From: Balanoglossus misakiensis | Taxonomy: Eukaryota > Animalia > Hemichordata | Direction: 5' to 3' | NCBI GenBank assembly: GCA_040954595.2 | Contig: CM082588.2 | Location: forward strand, 8,416,844-8,480,843 | Length of the DNA: 64,000 nt | In this document: one piece after another, positions 1-12,497 of the stretch | Numbering within the stretch: the stretch's first letter is position 1 | Layout: each line of letters opens with the position of its first letter | Notes under the pieces: model-generated | Database searches by the model: none | Told to the model about the DNA's origin: nothing | Seen by the model: the letters and a program-made list of their open reading frames with translations, nothing else | Position numbers and translations under genes: made by a program

Positions 1-189
1 AGACTTATTCCTCCTTCCTTATTGAAACACCCCGCGATCAGAATGCCAAGTTATTGGATGCGACTGTTTGCCCTGCAGTGAGAAAATACTACCAACAAAA
101 ATCTAAATGACACTTCGCATCGCTTCTTTACCGCGTTCACCTTAAATATATCACAAATCACACTCTTTTTATACCGACAACTTTAAGAA

Positions 190-1270
190 TTAATACTTAT
201 ACCCCACCCATTTACGACTTATGGCTAATCAACAACAGCAAGATTAATGCGAGATTTACAGAAAACAAATTACATTAATTTGATGAAGTGGAATGTGGAA
301 ACTTTACAGAAACATATTCACCTTCCTACATGACCGAAAATATGTCAATAAATAATTAGACCGTGAGAATGATAATCTCGGTCACTATAAAATATTTCTT
401 AAATATCATATACCTGGCAAATGATTAACTTTAACATTCATTAAAGCCGGACTAATTTGTCAACAGACATTAAGCCTGTATATTTATTACTAAAATATCA
501 ATTCGACTGCCGTCTTTCTACTTCTTGTATGACCGAAAACTTCAAGAATAAATACCTACACTCTACAAAATATGGTTATTTTCTGGTATGCCTCTGTTAA
601 AAGCAAGTCATCTCATAACAATAAATCATTGTTCGTTCGTGTATAAATCGAGATCTCACGTGACAGATATATGCCCTTCAACCAGGTTTTACCTTACGCT
701 CTGTAAGTTTGCAAATGAAATTTTACTGTTGTTTCAGAACCTGCCCCGTCCCTACACATGGTAATTTCGAGTTGTGCAGACAACTGATTCTAAGAGTAGC
801 TCGTTATCGAATTAACTCAAGTGACCAGTTCTGTCGTGTAATTCCGTGATTCCTCACCTGTGGAAGAGTTTCGCCGTCTCTCTCTCTTCAACGATGATCT
901 TCGAAGACTTAAACCAGACAGGCTAACGCCACACCGCCATTTTGGTCGTCGGACAACAGACAAAAAAATGGCCGGTGTGGTCGTTGGTTATTACCACATC
1001 GAGGCTCACGGGGACTTTGAACGTTGGTGTAAATCCTTGTATCAAGGCACATCAACAACTCAGCAAATATATTCCAATTTGACAAACCAAGGTGGCAAAG
1101 TGTCATTTGTTGTATGTCAGTTCATATTGACATAGTGACAATTGGAAATTATAGAAGATTGGGGAATCAGGAATGTATACCACTTCCCTATCGAATTCTC
1201 TAGGTTTTCATTTCCTTATACTGTTTTAGGAATTCCCAACCCTCTAATATCTGTCAATTTCGTCACAATT
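190..1270. repeat. Locally dispersed repeat family unit
   Basis: Blocks such as 'cacaccgccattttggtcgtcggacaac', 'gaggctcacg.gga.tttgaa' and 'caaccaggttttaccttacgctctgta' recur at ~7870-8170, ~30950-31970, ~43050-43900 and ~44900-46135; no convincing ORF. Confidence 0.75.
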
Positions 1271-2439
1271 AAACCAGTTGGCGATCGTAGTTTTTCTTCT
1301 TCGTATATCTCATATACGTTGTATGCATGTAATACTGATCATACGACATAATGAGTACCTTCGTGTTAGTTGTTTGATTCGCATGTTGAACACAGCTGTC
1401 ATAATGTATTACTCTTTCCGCAAAAATTGCAGTACTAACAAACAACCAAACAAACAAATAAACAATCAATCAATCAAAATTAAAATCGTGATACTCGTCG
1501 TGATCCAGCGCTGAACTGTTCGATATTCGACATAATTCAAATCTACAAACATTCCGCAAATGTTCTGTTCTCAATTAAATATCACTTCTTGAAGGGAAGT
1601 TTTAAACTTGGATAAAGAATATCAAGAATGTTTAGGTAGGGCATCCATTACTTAAGATGGGTCCCATCTTAACGAATGACATTTTCTGACATCACAAGAA
1701 AAAAGACAACAAAATCATCTGTGTGTTTAGTAAAAACACACGAGCGAAAATGTCAATTACTGTATTTTTGTCATCTTGAACCACTTTTAAGTGGTGGCTT
1801 TGCTCAACAGCCCAGGCGAAAAGGCAAAATATTGTCCGTTCTAGGTCCTAGTTTGAGTGGACTCTGTCAGAAAAAGTCCAACCTTGGGAAGCAGAAGGAA
1901 CTTTGTACTGGGAGTTAAATGAGTTGGCCAACAATTGAGTGCAAACCTGTTTGTTTCTTTGAGATACAACGGTGAACTCGCCAACAGCTGCCAATTTTTG
2001 AATTAATTTCATTGTTTTTTCACACTTAGAAAGGTCCATATATATGACCTAAATTTTATTATCAACTTCTGATTGTAGATTACATTGAAATATGAGCAAA
2101 TTGAATAGGAATAGGTGCTGCACCCGTTTATTCAGCCGCCAATCGCAAAAGTAAACAAACACCGTGGCATGCGTGCATGGGTATTAAAAAACCCACAGAG
2201 TGAAAATAGCGTCATTTATCGGCTAAGGATGAGGATCGGAGTATTTTTATGGATTAAATTAGTTTCTATTTGTACCGGCTGAAACGTACGGAAGTTGATC
2301 AAAAAAGACACTTGTACCTTTAGGTGAAAATAATATGTTGTGGGACATGTTAAAATGTTTAGCATAGCTTGTAATCTTTTTCAAATATGTCAGCGCCAGG
2401 GCTAAAACAAATAGCTATTATTGACCCGGAACAAGTAAA

Positions 2440-3155
2440 TGATAAATTGAAATACATTGTTCCCAAAACTATTTTGTTATTACATTACAACTGTTTCATC
2501 TTGCCTCATATATTGTATGTCTAAGAAGTCTGGGGAAATGCTTATAAATCCCATTTGAAGCCAATACATCTTACTCAAAAACGGGTAATACGTACACTCA
2601 CATACACCTCCATTATTTAATACGCTGGGAATATTTGATATATATAGGCAACATGAGTATCAAGTAGCACTATTTGTTTACCATTATATTCATACAAACT
2701 TCCCACTAACAATTCTACAGTACTTTGTTAATATTGAACACATTTATCCAACAAGGTCAAAAGATAAAGGAAATCTTCCGGTTCCCAAATATGCCACAAA
2801 TGTGGGTCAACATACAGTGAAATACTATTGTGCTCAAATATGAAATCAATTTCCGCAACATATCAAATCTGTTTCATCAAAGTCATGCTTTAAAAAAGAA
2901 TTGAAAAAGTATTATTTATCCATTTGACTGCTGTGTTTTTAGAAGTGAAACATACTGAATTTGGATTTTTATGTACAAACTCGCATTAGTATCGCCCTGT
3001 ATTCTGCAATTGTATTATTTATGGGGGACTGGACTCAACTAGTGTTACACTATTTTCTAGTCCCCTCCCATCTTATACCTATTGTATTCTTCATTCCTTT
3101 GTTAACTTTGTTTATTTGTATCAGAATAAGGGAAATAAACTTATTATTATCATTG
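2440..3155 (+). mobile_element. Degenerate 3' fragment of CR1/L2-group LINE
   Basis: Translates to ...PKTILLLHYNCFILPHILYV*EVWGNAYKSHLKPIHLTQKRVIR..., typical of the RT C-terminal region of L2/Crack-type LINEs; ends in AATAAA + (TTA)n at ~3135-3155. Confidence 0.75.
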
Positions 3156-4091
3156 TTACAGGCTTGTCTGGCATCGAGGGCGTAGTATACGACTAGAAAT
3201 TAGGTGTACTCGCTACAACAGGGCCAACAACATCAGTGGTCTGAGAACAAGTGTGATGGATTTGAACACAAATTTCAACTACTTTCAGAACTCATAATGA
3301 TTCCAATCAAGTCTGTGAATTTAACTGAACAATCCAAAAATGATACTATTTGCCTTCTATAGCAATGTCTGTTTTTCCTTATCCCTAATTTCCTACAAGG
3401 AAATAACTTCTAAAATGGCCACTAAAAGTGACCTCAGATGACCCCTGCACAGCCACAGAGATCAAATAAATAGATTCGCTGTTTGAATAGTTATTTTTGC
3501 AGCAAATCTGTTTAACAAGTCATGGTTCAAATGATTCTTTGTGCACTTATTGTTTATGTATGTCTAGAATTACAGCAGATTGCAGCAAAAAACACTTCTT
3601 TCATTTAAGAAAAAATGGTCGGAATCCTACCTGTCGTGAGTATCTCCACCTGTTGCAGTCTGTAAAACATTGACTGGATGTGATGCCCTCTACGGTAGCT
3701 TCTTGCGTTTATGTGGGTCAGGGTCGTTTGGTCCCTGGGACTTGATGTGGGTCCAATCGAAGCACTCCACTCCTCATTATGAAGAACTAATAAAACGACT
3801 TTTGGGTGTATTACCAGCTGGGACAAGTGGCACTGGGGGAGACATGTGCTTAAAAATTCATTTCTATATTTCTTCAATGTATTTTACAGGCAGTTTTCAT
3901 TTGTCCTCAACAGTAAAAGACATGGTAAAAGCACAACTTTTAAACTGAACTGAAGTTGAAACTTTTTTTTCGATAATTTGAATAACACTCGATGAATTAC
4001 ACATCATAGAACTTGAAAATGAGAATTGTACAATAGCATCGACTTAGTAGCATTATAAAACAATTTCATAGTGGCATCTCATTATTAATAA

Positions 4092-4254
4092 CAGTAAAAC
4101 CTGTGTAAACCTAAAACCAAAGGGACTGAAGAAATTGTTCAGTTTGCAGAGCTGTCCCGTTTATGGAGTTCTTTTAATATGTGGTTATGGAAAATGTGTT
4201 TGGTATAAACAAGTTTCCAGATTAGACACAATTCGGTTTAGACATGTTTTACTG
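4092..4254. mobile_element. Tc1/mariner(pogo)-type MITE
   Basis: Terminal inverted repeats CAGTAAAACCTGT...ACATGTTTTACTG, followed by TA on the right. Confidence 0.6.
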
Positions 4255-4643
4255 TATTTAGGCTAAAGTAAGTAAATTCTTATGTTTTGCATCCATAGGT
4301 TTTCAGAGGTTTTAGACAAAAACACACATAGAAATTTCCCACATCAAGGATATTGAGTTAAAAAAATAAGCCATGACTTTTCAACTGGTACTTCAGCAAT
4401 AAACTTGTTTTTGTGATTTTCTGGCTCTCGCCAAGTTCACGAAAATTTAACATATGCAAAAATCTACAGTAAAATATCCTATCTTTATCAATTATATACA
4501 CATGAATATAAAGATATAGATCTTTGTTCGTATGTGCTATACATGTTGGTGTAGAAAACCTATATACATGAAAATGTTCAGTAACACTGAAAAACACATC
4601 TGTTGCTAGAAAGATACATATAGCATTATTCATATTTTACACA

Positions 4644-4894
4644 TTAAAGGGAAACGTTACCTTGCTAGTAAAGGGGTTCTTATGAAATCTGTGTAAAAAA
4701 CTGGAGTGATATGTGTCAGATTTATTCACTTTCACTTATTGGTAGCAGTGTGGCGTTGTTCGAGGTATGCAGAGGTCACTTATATGCCACACTGCAACCG
4801 ATAAATAAAGGTGAGCAAAACTGACACAGACCACTCCAGTATTTACACATATTTTATTACAAACCCTTTACTAGCATGGTAACGTTTCCCTCAA
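4644..4894. mobile_element. Fold-back MITE with TTAA-AGG end (Kolobok-like)
   Basis: TTAAAGGGAAACGTTACC...GGTAACGTTTCCCTCAA, with imperfect complementarity along almost the whole ~250 bp. Confidence 0.7.
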
Positions 4895-5086
4895 TTCGGC
4901 TAACAATATGTTTTTGTCAAGAATTCCTCCTCTGGGGAATGAAAGCATAAGGTAGCTGCCAACCATAGATTAAGGGCCATGGGAGTCTTGGCATTTAATT
5001 AATTTGTACCTTTCATGAGAATTCCGGTATTTCCCTTATCACCGCAACAGTCTGGAGATATGCGGCGAATGCATACGGTTCTTAAT

Positions 5087-5421
5087 CTATCTCTGAAAAT
5101 GGCCTTTTATCCCACGTCCCACGTCTGTTTGCAGTTTCGTTTCACACTCCTTCACCAATGAGACTAATGCGGGTAGTTCCATTTCTTGAAACAAATCCTT
5201 CAGAAGTGTTAAATCGTCATTGCTGATATGACCCTTCTCTTGCAAACAGTAAAATATATCTGAGGGAGATTTCAAATCATGTAATTCTCGTTTTGGTATG
5301 AAGTCTTCTCTTAACAGGCCTCTGAGATTACGCTCATCATCACTTCTGTTTAAACGCTTCTCAAGTTTCATGAACAGGATCTTCAGTGGATTTAATTTTG
5401 TTGTTTTAAAACACTGTGAGT
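5087..5421 (-). CDS. Gene A last exon: death effector domain (DED)
   Basis: LKILFMKLEKRLNRSDDERNLRGLLREDFIPKRELHDLKSPSDIFYCLQEKGHISNDDLTLLKDLFQEMELPALVSLVKEC matches the DED pattern (IP..L..l.s..dlF..L...g.i...nl.lL..Lf). Confidence 0.8.
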
Positions 5422-8400
5422 CTGTAATGATAATGTTAGTGTTAATGTTATATCATACTAAGGTAAACATAATATGCAAATTACAACTTTTTTTCTCAAA
5501 TCTGATCTAATAGACCATTTTGATATTCTGACATATGTAGCTTGTATGATTTTTTTTCCAGAGATTAAATCACATAAAAGTAGGTTTTAAAATTCCATGA
5601 TTTAAATTAGTTAGTTTCATCCAAATTTCAGTGACCATTAAAGTTTATCCTCATAGATCTGCATAACTGTGAAACTGTCAAACCACAATTTGGAGTTGAT
5701 ACATATTGCAGTAGCATAACATCATGATACTTACCTCCATTCGAAGAGCTGCTACCAACTTGCCTCTCCTACATGAGAAAAAGAGACACCCAAGTCATAA
5801 ATAACAGTGAAAGGGGGAAAAATGTAATATGTTTCAATTTTATTTAAAAAAATGTGCTTGAAAACTTTGCGGTTCTCATTACAGTGATTCCCCATGTCGG
5901 CCAAAACTGGCCAATTATACTCAACCAAGTTGTTGAGTATTGAGACTTTCAGTAGTTGCCTAAACACATTCAATTCCAGATAAAATGCAAGACACTGGGT
6001 CTCCATGGGCAGGCAATGTACAGATGGGCACTGATAAAAGCTTAGCAATCATGGGTGAATAAATTGTGACGGGGCTGTGATGTGTGTGTGTGTGTGGGGG
6101 GGTGTGTGCACCAAGTGATTACAATGCATTAAAATCACCTGGGCAATTGGCCACTGTACTAAGCCAACGACAGGAAAATGCACATACTCATGGTCCACAT
6201 AAGATACATTGAAATGTGATAAATTGAACCCAAAACCTAAATTGAAAATTTTATGACTTGTAAGAATCAGATTACATGTACATGCTTTCTCTGCACTCAC
6301 ATCATACAGCACGGACATCTGTTTGTGGTACAACAATGTCATTTCAATTATTCACAAGCTAATACGTTTAGGTGGGTTCTTACATTTGGCATTGCGAATA
6401 ACAGCTCAACAGTTGGTGGGTCATCATTTTTCTGAAACAGCATACGTCCTTGCAGACCACGACCTCCTGGCCTGGCTTTAACGACAACATCCCAGTGGTT
6501 ATCAAAAAATGGGTAGTATGGTCTCTTGTTCAGCACTGACTCCAGATCATAATTCCCTTCTGCGGGGACAGTATTTTTGACAACATCTCCGTATTTCAGC
6601 TCAATATCAGAACTGTATGTTGTTCTTTTATCAGTGTATTGTTTATATTTCTCTTCAGTTTGTAATAAATCTGTAATGGATTCTTGTTCTTTGGCCTCCA
6701 CCAAGTCACATCTTAAGACTGTTGCAGTATCCTTGTGCTCAAGAAGAAGAATCTTTACAATCTGATTTCCAGACTTCTTGAAGTCTGTGATGGTTGATAG
6801 CATGTAACAAATTCGTGGCATGACTTCTTTGATGTATCTTCCCAACGAATATCTGAAAACAATTCCAGACACTTTCAAGGAATGAAAATGGTGAAATGCA
6901 ATTAGATGTTAATCATAGATTACGGAAGGGGTGTGTTATATCACCATTACCTGTGGATACAATAACATCCAATCAAAGGAAGATTTCTTCCGTCAGAGCA
7001 ATATCAACATAACTGCAGTCATTACATTGCATTTCCAAGACTATGATGGTGTATTTTTACAGAAGAAGACTTCAACCTACCCACTCAGTATCTGAGCGTG
7101 AAATTCCACCACATCGCGTTGTACAGTAAAAGAACAATCCTTGGTAACATCCTTCCAGTCACAATTACCATCTTCATCTTTAAGTATGCACAGTTCTGTA
7201 TCATCAGATGCTACACGTGGGATGTCTGGTGGCAGTGGGATGGTTACTTTTACAGGCTTCTTGAACTTCATTCTTTCCCTCTGGCCTCGATTGATATACA
7301 CTATGGATGCGAAGGACACATCGAGAGATTCTCCACCAGTTGGGAAGACACTATCAACTGTGTTATAGCGACAGTCATGGACCTTCAATACGAACAATAA
7401 GCCTCATTGAATGTTGTCACTATAGCAGTACATACATGGATACCTGGCTGAATTATCTCCTGTCTAAGAGTTTAACTGCTTATGGCTGCAATTTGGCACA
7501 ATCAATCAATCAATCAACTGATGCAGGCCCATGCAGCTCCTTCTTAATCCATTGTCATGTTAATCTCTATGTGGGGTAATACCAGGTATGGGTAAATGTT
7601 GGTGGTTGTGGGGATGATGATGATATTTACCTCTAATATCATAGCCTTTTCATCTTCTACGGCATCTTCTGGAACAACGATGCTTATCCGTTCGTCTTTT
7701 TTTGAGGTAAATTTTCCACCTTCTTTGCTGATATCAAATGTGTCTTTATAAGGTCTTGAAATTGCGATGTAAAATGAAAAATGGCAGACTTCTACCTTGA
7801 TATGATTGTCTTCCTGAATATGAATCAACATTTAATGGTAACACTTTTACTTTTTGTGTGTGGTCAGAATCTTCGTGAACAACTTATTAGCACTCCGAAG
7901 ATTTAAACCAGAGAAGCTACACAAACGTGTAAAAGGCTTGGGTCAGCAGGTCTCCGCAGCCTTTTCAACTCTTGTGGAACATAAAAAGTCACACCGCCAT
8001 TTTGGTCGTTGGACAACGGACAAAACATGGCTGGTGTGGTTGGTTATTTCCACATCGAGGCTCACGTGGAATTTGAATGTTGGTGTAAATCCTTGTATTA
8101 AGGCACATCAACAACAAAGCAAATATACTCCAATTGGACAAAACCAAGGTGGAAAAGTGTTATTTGTTAGAAACAGAAACATTTTCTCAGAGACGGTGTT
8201 TTGTTTTGCCAAATGGAAGGTCAGTAGGCTGCAATGACTGACAATTTACATGTCCATGGATACATACATGCACATACCTATACTAATATATATTTACTGA
8301 AATGCAATAATGGTCGAGTTATACGTAGTAAAACTTCACTGTGTAGATCTGTGCTGTAGCATACTTACTTTGACAGTTTTCAACTCTTCCCATGTTTCAC

Positions 8401-11400
8401 CAGTTTTGCTTGTCAGGATGATCTGTTCTCTCTCAAACGGCTGAACATTTAAACACTTCCTCACAAGGTAGACTGGTTTCTTTAGTGTAATGTGATCTGC
8501 CTTAATATCAAGGACATCTGACTGATACCATTCAAAGTCTGCAAGAGGGACCTTGGTGACGTTATGGTTACATGTGACCGACAATGTTGTGTCTTCTTCC
8601 ACACATGCTGGCGGGACCTCGAGTGAAAATCCACATGGTAATTTGTAGGAACGTCTTTCCTTTAATGGAAAAGGAAAACATTGCATTACAAAACCAGAAA
8701 TGGGGCTGGAAATCACACCCCCCCTCCCCATTGAAGGCTAAAATGTAACTAAATTCTGTCATAAAACTCGAATGCATTTGCAAGCAAAAGCGAAGCTCCA
8801 GAGACCAGATCTATTTTATATAATATTTCAAGGCCTTAAAAATGAACAGTTTGAATAGAAAAAGCAATGCGTATACGCTAACCTGCCGGGTGCATGCACT
8901 GTTGCAAGCTGAAAATAGTACATATCATAGTTTCACAATTTGTAGATGTCCATTGAAAATTGTTTTAACCCATCTAGAATACTGTTTAAATACAATTTAT
9001 CAAACATAATCGGTACGTGTGGTCTGCATTGCAAACAACCTATTTAGAAAAAAATACAAATTCATAAAAATACACCGATTTAACGTCAATCATCATGCCT
9101 ACCTCATTAGCAGCAATAAGCTGAATCGATCTTTGGTCTTGAATATCCTCTGAAATGCAGATATGTTAGGGTAGTAGTTGGAATTACTAAGATATGATTA
9201 CTGTTCATGTTTTAACATAAATCAAGCTTGAAATTGTAAATTTCTCCGGTTTCAAGTCTGTGGGACTTACATGGTTTTTTTCACTTGATATGCACTGAAC
9301 TTCTACATATTTCTGCACGTCATAATACCCTAATTGACTTTTTCTTATTAAGTAATAACCCCCGCCGCAGGCGGGTATACGCGAGATTTGGGTACAATTT
9401 GAGACATATAGCACGAGCCGTTATGGAGCGAATTGTACCCAAATCGAGTCGATCAACCTCTAAGGCAACCATTGCATTATTGTCATCTGCAGGTATAACA
9501 TTGTATAAAGATCGATAATAGGCAAAATAAATTGTATTTATTCTCATTAAAAGGAGCATATTTTTTCTTAATAGTGCGGAAGTACCCCTTTGATGAAAAC
9601 ATTTCAAACAAATCGATTATCAGCTGGAAACATAAGAACCTATGGAAGCGTTCAAAATATCATATGTCATGTCATATTGTGTCAGCACTTGCCTGGTTCA
9701 ATCAGAATATCTTCAAGTTCTAAACAATTATCTCCACATATATCACAGATGTCAGCCGATTTTACTTCCGGGTCAAAACCTACAAAGAAATAGGTCAACG
9801 TTATGAGATATTTTTATTACATTTCCTATTTACAAGCCGGACAAGTTTCTTTTTTATGGTGAGAAAGCCATTATCAGAAATTGTATACGTGTTTGAAAGA
9901 AATATTTCAATGTTCTAAACTCCGTGAAATATAATCTTATATTAGACCACGGTTTTTATACAGCTCACTGTATTTACCATTTGTACGTAGCCTCTTCATC
10001 TACATTCTCAACAACATCTCTTATATTCTTTGATTTTGTTTGAAAAGCATACTGCATTTCAACTCGTATAATGTTTGACATGAAAATATAAGGATAAAAC
10101 GGATAATCTCAAATACATTTGTTCACAGTCTGGTCTAAGCATTTTCGTCACCGGATATGAATATTAATTATTCCATGTAAATTTAAATCGAGTACAAATG
10201 ATTGCTCTAAAATCAGCTTACCTTCTTTCATGTACTTCAATTCTGCCCTACACCGTCTATATCGCCACACCTCTATGGTTGTCTTAAGGGGAACATCTGA
10301 TACGTTTAATCCACGAAGCATAGATTCTGTGACGATATCAGCCTTGAATAATTCCCCCAGTTGCCCTCGTCTGTAGTCACTCCATAATTTCTCCAACGCC
10401 TCTGATGTCTGACATGCCAACACAACACACAGACACCCTTGCTTGATTTCTTGAATTGTAATTCCACCAACGCTGTTCAGATACTCTTTCACCTTTGGTA
10501 AATCGTCTTCAGATTTGATGCTGTAAATTTCTCTTTCTATGTGTTCAACTTGATCTGGAGTCAAGTTGGAACCGGAGACGTCAATGTGAATCTCGATTTC
10601 TCCTGAAATATAGTTTATTTTTTAAATAATGCATATGCATGTATCTTTTTGTCATCGAATTGACTATAGTGTGATGTTTTATCTTGTTGCCTCAATTAGT
10701 ATAAAGATAGAATCATGGATGTGTTTACGTAATTAATATTTTTACCTCGAGTTGTTCTGAAGGTATGTGTATAAGTTTGTCCTCCACCAGAAGCTTGTCC
10801 GTCGTTGTGGTCATCGTTACCATCTCCACTTTTACACTCGTTTCCGGATGGGAGAGTTTCAGCCTGTCCTTCTTTGCAGTTGCCAATGGAGATCGAACTT
10901 CCTTGTTCCTGGCCTGGGATTGTTTTCGGGTTGTCGACCCCTTGAACGAGGGAAGAAAAAATTGTAGGAATCTAAATGTCAACATCTTTTAATTTAGAAT
11001 AATACATTTGTCAGTGTTATGAAGCATATATGCAAATTTAAATGTGAGCATATATCTACATGTGTAACACTTTGTCGTGATGCAAGATACAGTTCTGATT
11101 AATCATGCAAATTTTAGTCTTAAGTTGACAACACTTTATGTCGGTATTTTAGTCCTTTCATTCATGATCAGTGAAAATCTTTATGACGTGTAAAATTTTC
11201 TTCTTGAAGACAGTCATTATCATTTACCTTTTGAGGATTCTTCCCCAGGGTCTTCACACTCTGCAGAACTAAGTGTAGAAGAATCCAGCAATTTCTTTTG
11301 TTGAACTGCAATGAAACCATTCTCTGCGGATGTATGAAGTGCTTTACTCAATTCTTGGGATGCGCGTTGAGCACGACCATATTTACACAGGACAGTCATG

Positions 11401-12497
11401 ATGGTGTCTAACCATTTGTTACTTTCGCTTTTGACATTTTGGCATTGTCCAGTGTCACATGACGGGACAGAGATGGCGGGGAAGTGTTCGGCTATGAACG
11501 ATGCAAGGCCTGATTGCTTTGGTTGTATTGTGGGCACACCGGCAGCACAAGACATAAGACCGATCACACCAAATGGATCACCTTTAGTTGTGAATATTAC
11601 CACGAGGTCACACTGCATCAGATCTTTATTTAAGTGGTCCATCGATGCCTTGTTTGGATATAGCCGAATATTCAACAGGTGTGATGCGGCCATCTTCTCC
11701 AGTTTCCGCTGAAACTTTTCGCATGGTGTTTGTGTTACAAGTCCTCTGAACTTCCACTTTGTGTTGTTATCGGAGTAGTTAAAGTAGCGAGCTACTTTTC
11801 CCATGCTACGTGCTGCTGCTTCGAATTCCTCCAGATCTTGCAGACTTGATATTGTGTGTACAGACAGGACTTCTATAGTGTTCCCTAACTCTGAATTACT
11901 AGCTGGACGCTGACCAACACCCATCTTTGCCAAGGGAATGTACTGCTCATGCGCCACTTCTGAATTCAGAGAAACTTGAATCTTCCTCTTGTAGTCATCG
12001 CATACTGATGGACCAACTGACAAAATGGCGGAAGCAGTATTGATATATTCCATAATTTCACCATCAAGGATTTCCAAATCGGAAGGCTCCAAGCTCATGT
12101 TGTCTGTCAAATCAGACAAAACTGGAACGAATCTCGGAATCCCAAGATCCTTTTGAATACACTTTGCAACATCGGCAGTTCCGTTCTTGCAAGCAGTACC
12201 ATATATTGTTGTAATCGGGAGACATTTCTTCAACTCGGGGAATCGGTCAAGGTGACAAATTAACCAGTCCCTTTCCGGTTTCTGATTTCTCTTTACAGTT
12301 GGAAGAATCAACTCGACTCCATGTTTGCTCGCGTCCTCCACCTCTGCGTCAGTTGCTTCCAAAACCATGAAGGAGACTTTATTTTCTCTGACAGCAAGGT
12401 CTATCGCTAGTTGTCTTTCAGTGATACATGTTGCTATGTTACGCCTTCTAGGCCACCATTCTTCTCCAACAACCAATACCCGATTACTGTGAGACAT
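5087..12497 (-). CDS. Gene A (spliced model, 1197 aa): GT4 glycosyltransferase-like + TRADD-N-like + ZU5-ZU5-UPA + death effector domain (PIDD-like C-terminal half)
   Basis: Exons 12497-11228, 10940-10746, 10602-10222, 9779-9693 (GC donor), 9149-9103, 8659-8369, 7813-7631, 7382-7081, 6852-6384, 5768-5735, 5421-5087. All are flanked by AG and GT/GC with compatible phases; the sum is 3594 nt, an open frame ending at TAG. The join between the two halves (9693->9149) is inferred. Confidence 0.65.
6384..6852 (-). CDS. Gene A exon: UPA-like domain following the ZU5 pair
   Basis: Beta-rich 156-aa exon directly after the second ZU5, ending ...GLQGRMLFQK...; position equivalent to UPA in PIDD/ankyrin/UNC5; phase 2->0 junctions fit. 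Confidence 0.6.
7081..7382 (-). CDS. Gene A exon: C-terminal part of second ZU5 domain
   Basis: ...ASIVYI...MKFKKPVKVTIPLP...ELCILK...WKDVT...VVEFHAQILSG, the typical ZU5 F.KPV.vtiPlP / W.DvT motifs. Confidence 0.8.
7631..7813 (-). CDS. Gene A exon: end of ZU5-1 (HFS motif) and start of ZU5-2
   Basis: EDNHIKVEVCHFSFYIAISRP...ISKEGGKFTSKKDERISIVVPEDAV, parallels PIDD1 'HFSW...VSRP...GG.L.S...v.v.fP.gA'. Confidence 0.85.
8369..8659 (-). CDS. Gene A exon: first ZU5 domain
   Basis: LPCGFSLEVPPACVEEDTTLSV...VPLADFEWYQSDVLDIK...LKKPVYL...EREQIILTS..GETWEELKT, ZU5 motifs. Confidence 0.8.
9340..9486 (-). pseudogene. Truncated copy of the gene-B 105-aa module exon, broken by a small inverted-repeat element
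   Basis: DDNNAMVALEVDR matches gene B exon 22404 up to ~9450. It is then replaced by GATTTGGGTACAATT...AATTGTACCCAAATC and CCCGCCTGCGGCGGG hairpins, with an in-frame stop at 9320. Confidence 0.7.
10222..10602 (-). CDS. Gene A exon: TRADD-N-like domain
   Basis: ...VKEYLNSVGGITIQEIKQGCLCVVLACQTSEALEKLWSDYRRGQLGELFKADIVTESML...LKTTIEVWRYRRCR, the invertebrate TRADD-N-like pattern (GSl.i.v.c.t.eaLe.LW.dY.sG.L); symmetric phase 1-1 exon. Confidence 0.75.
11228..12497 (-). CDS. Gene A exon: GT-B fold family-4 glycosyltransferase-like domain
   Basis: VLVVGEEW...RQLAIDLA, GVELI.P, ILSVGP, DLMQCDLVVI...DPFGVIGLMSCAAGVPTI.PKQSGLA, the GT4-type found in invertebrate immune proteins. Confidence 0.85.

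Noticed and set aside
3605-3877. Possible further downstream exon(s) of gene A, including a candidate at ~5010-5092
   Set aside because: The DED exon ends in an in-frame TAG; no recognisable domain or convincing splice chain.
9269-9311. Candidate micro-exon with a strong GTAAGT donor
   Set aside because: Phase does not fit the chain into exon 9149; left out of the model.
10746-10940. RHIM-like 'SISIGN' in the linker exon (true frame GVDNPKTIPGQEQGSSISIGNC...)
   Set aside because: Not conserved in the paralog (SITNGN) and lacks the core Gln; the ORF-track translation of this exon is in the wrong frame.
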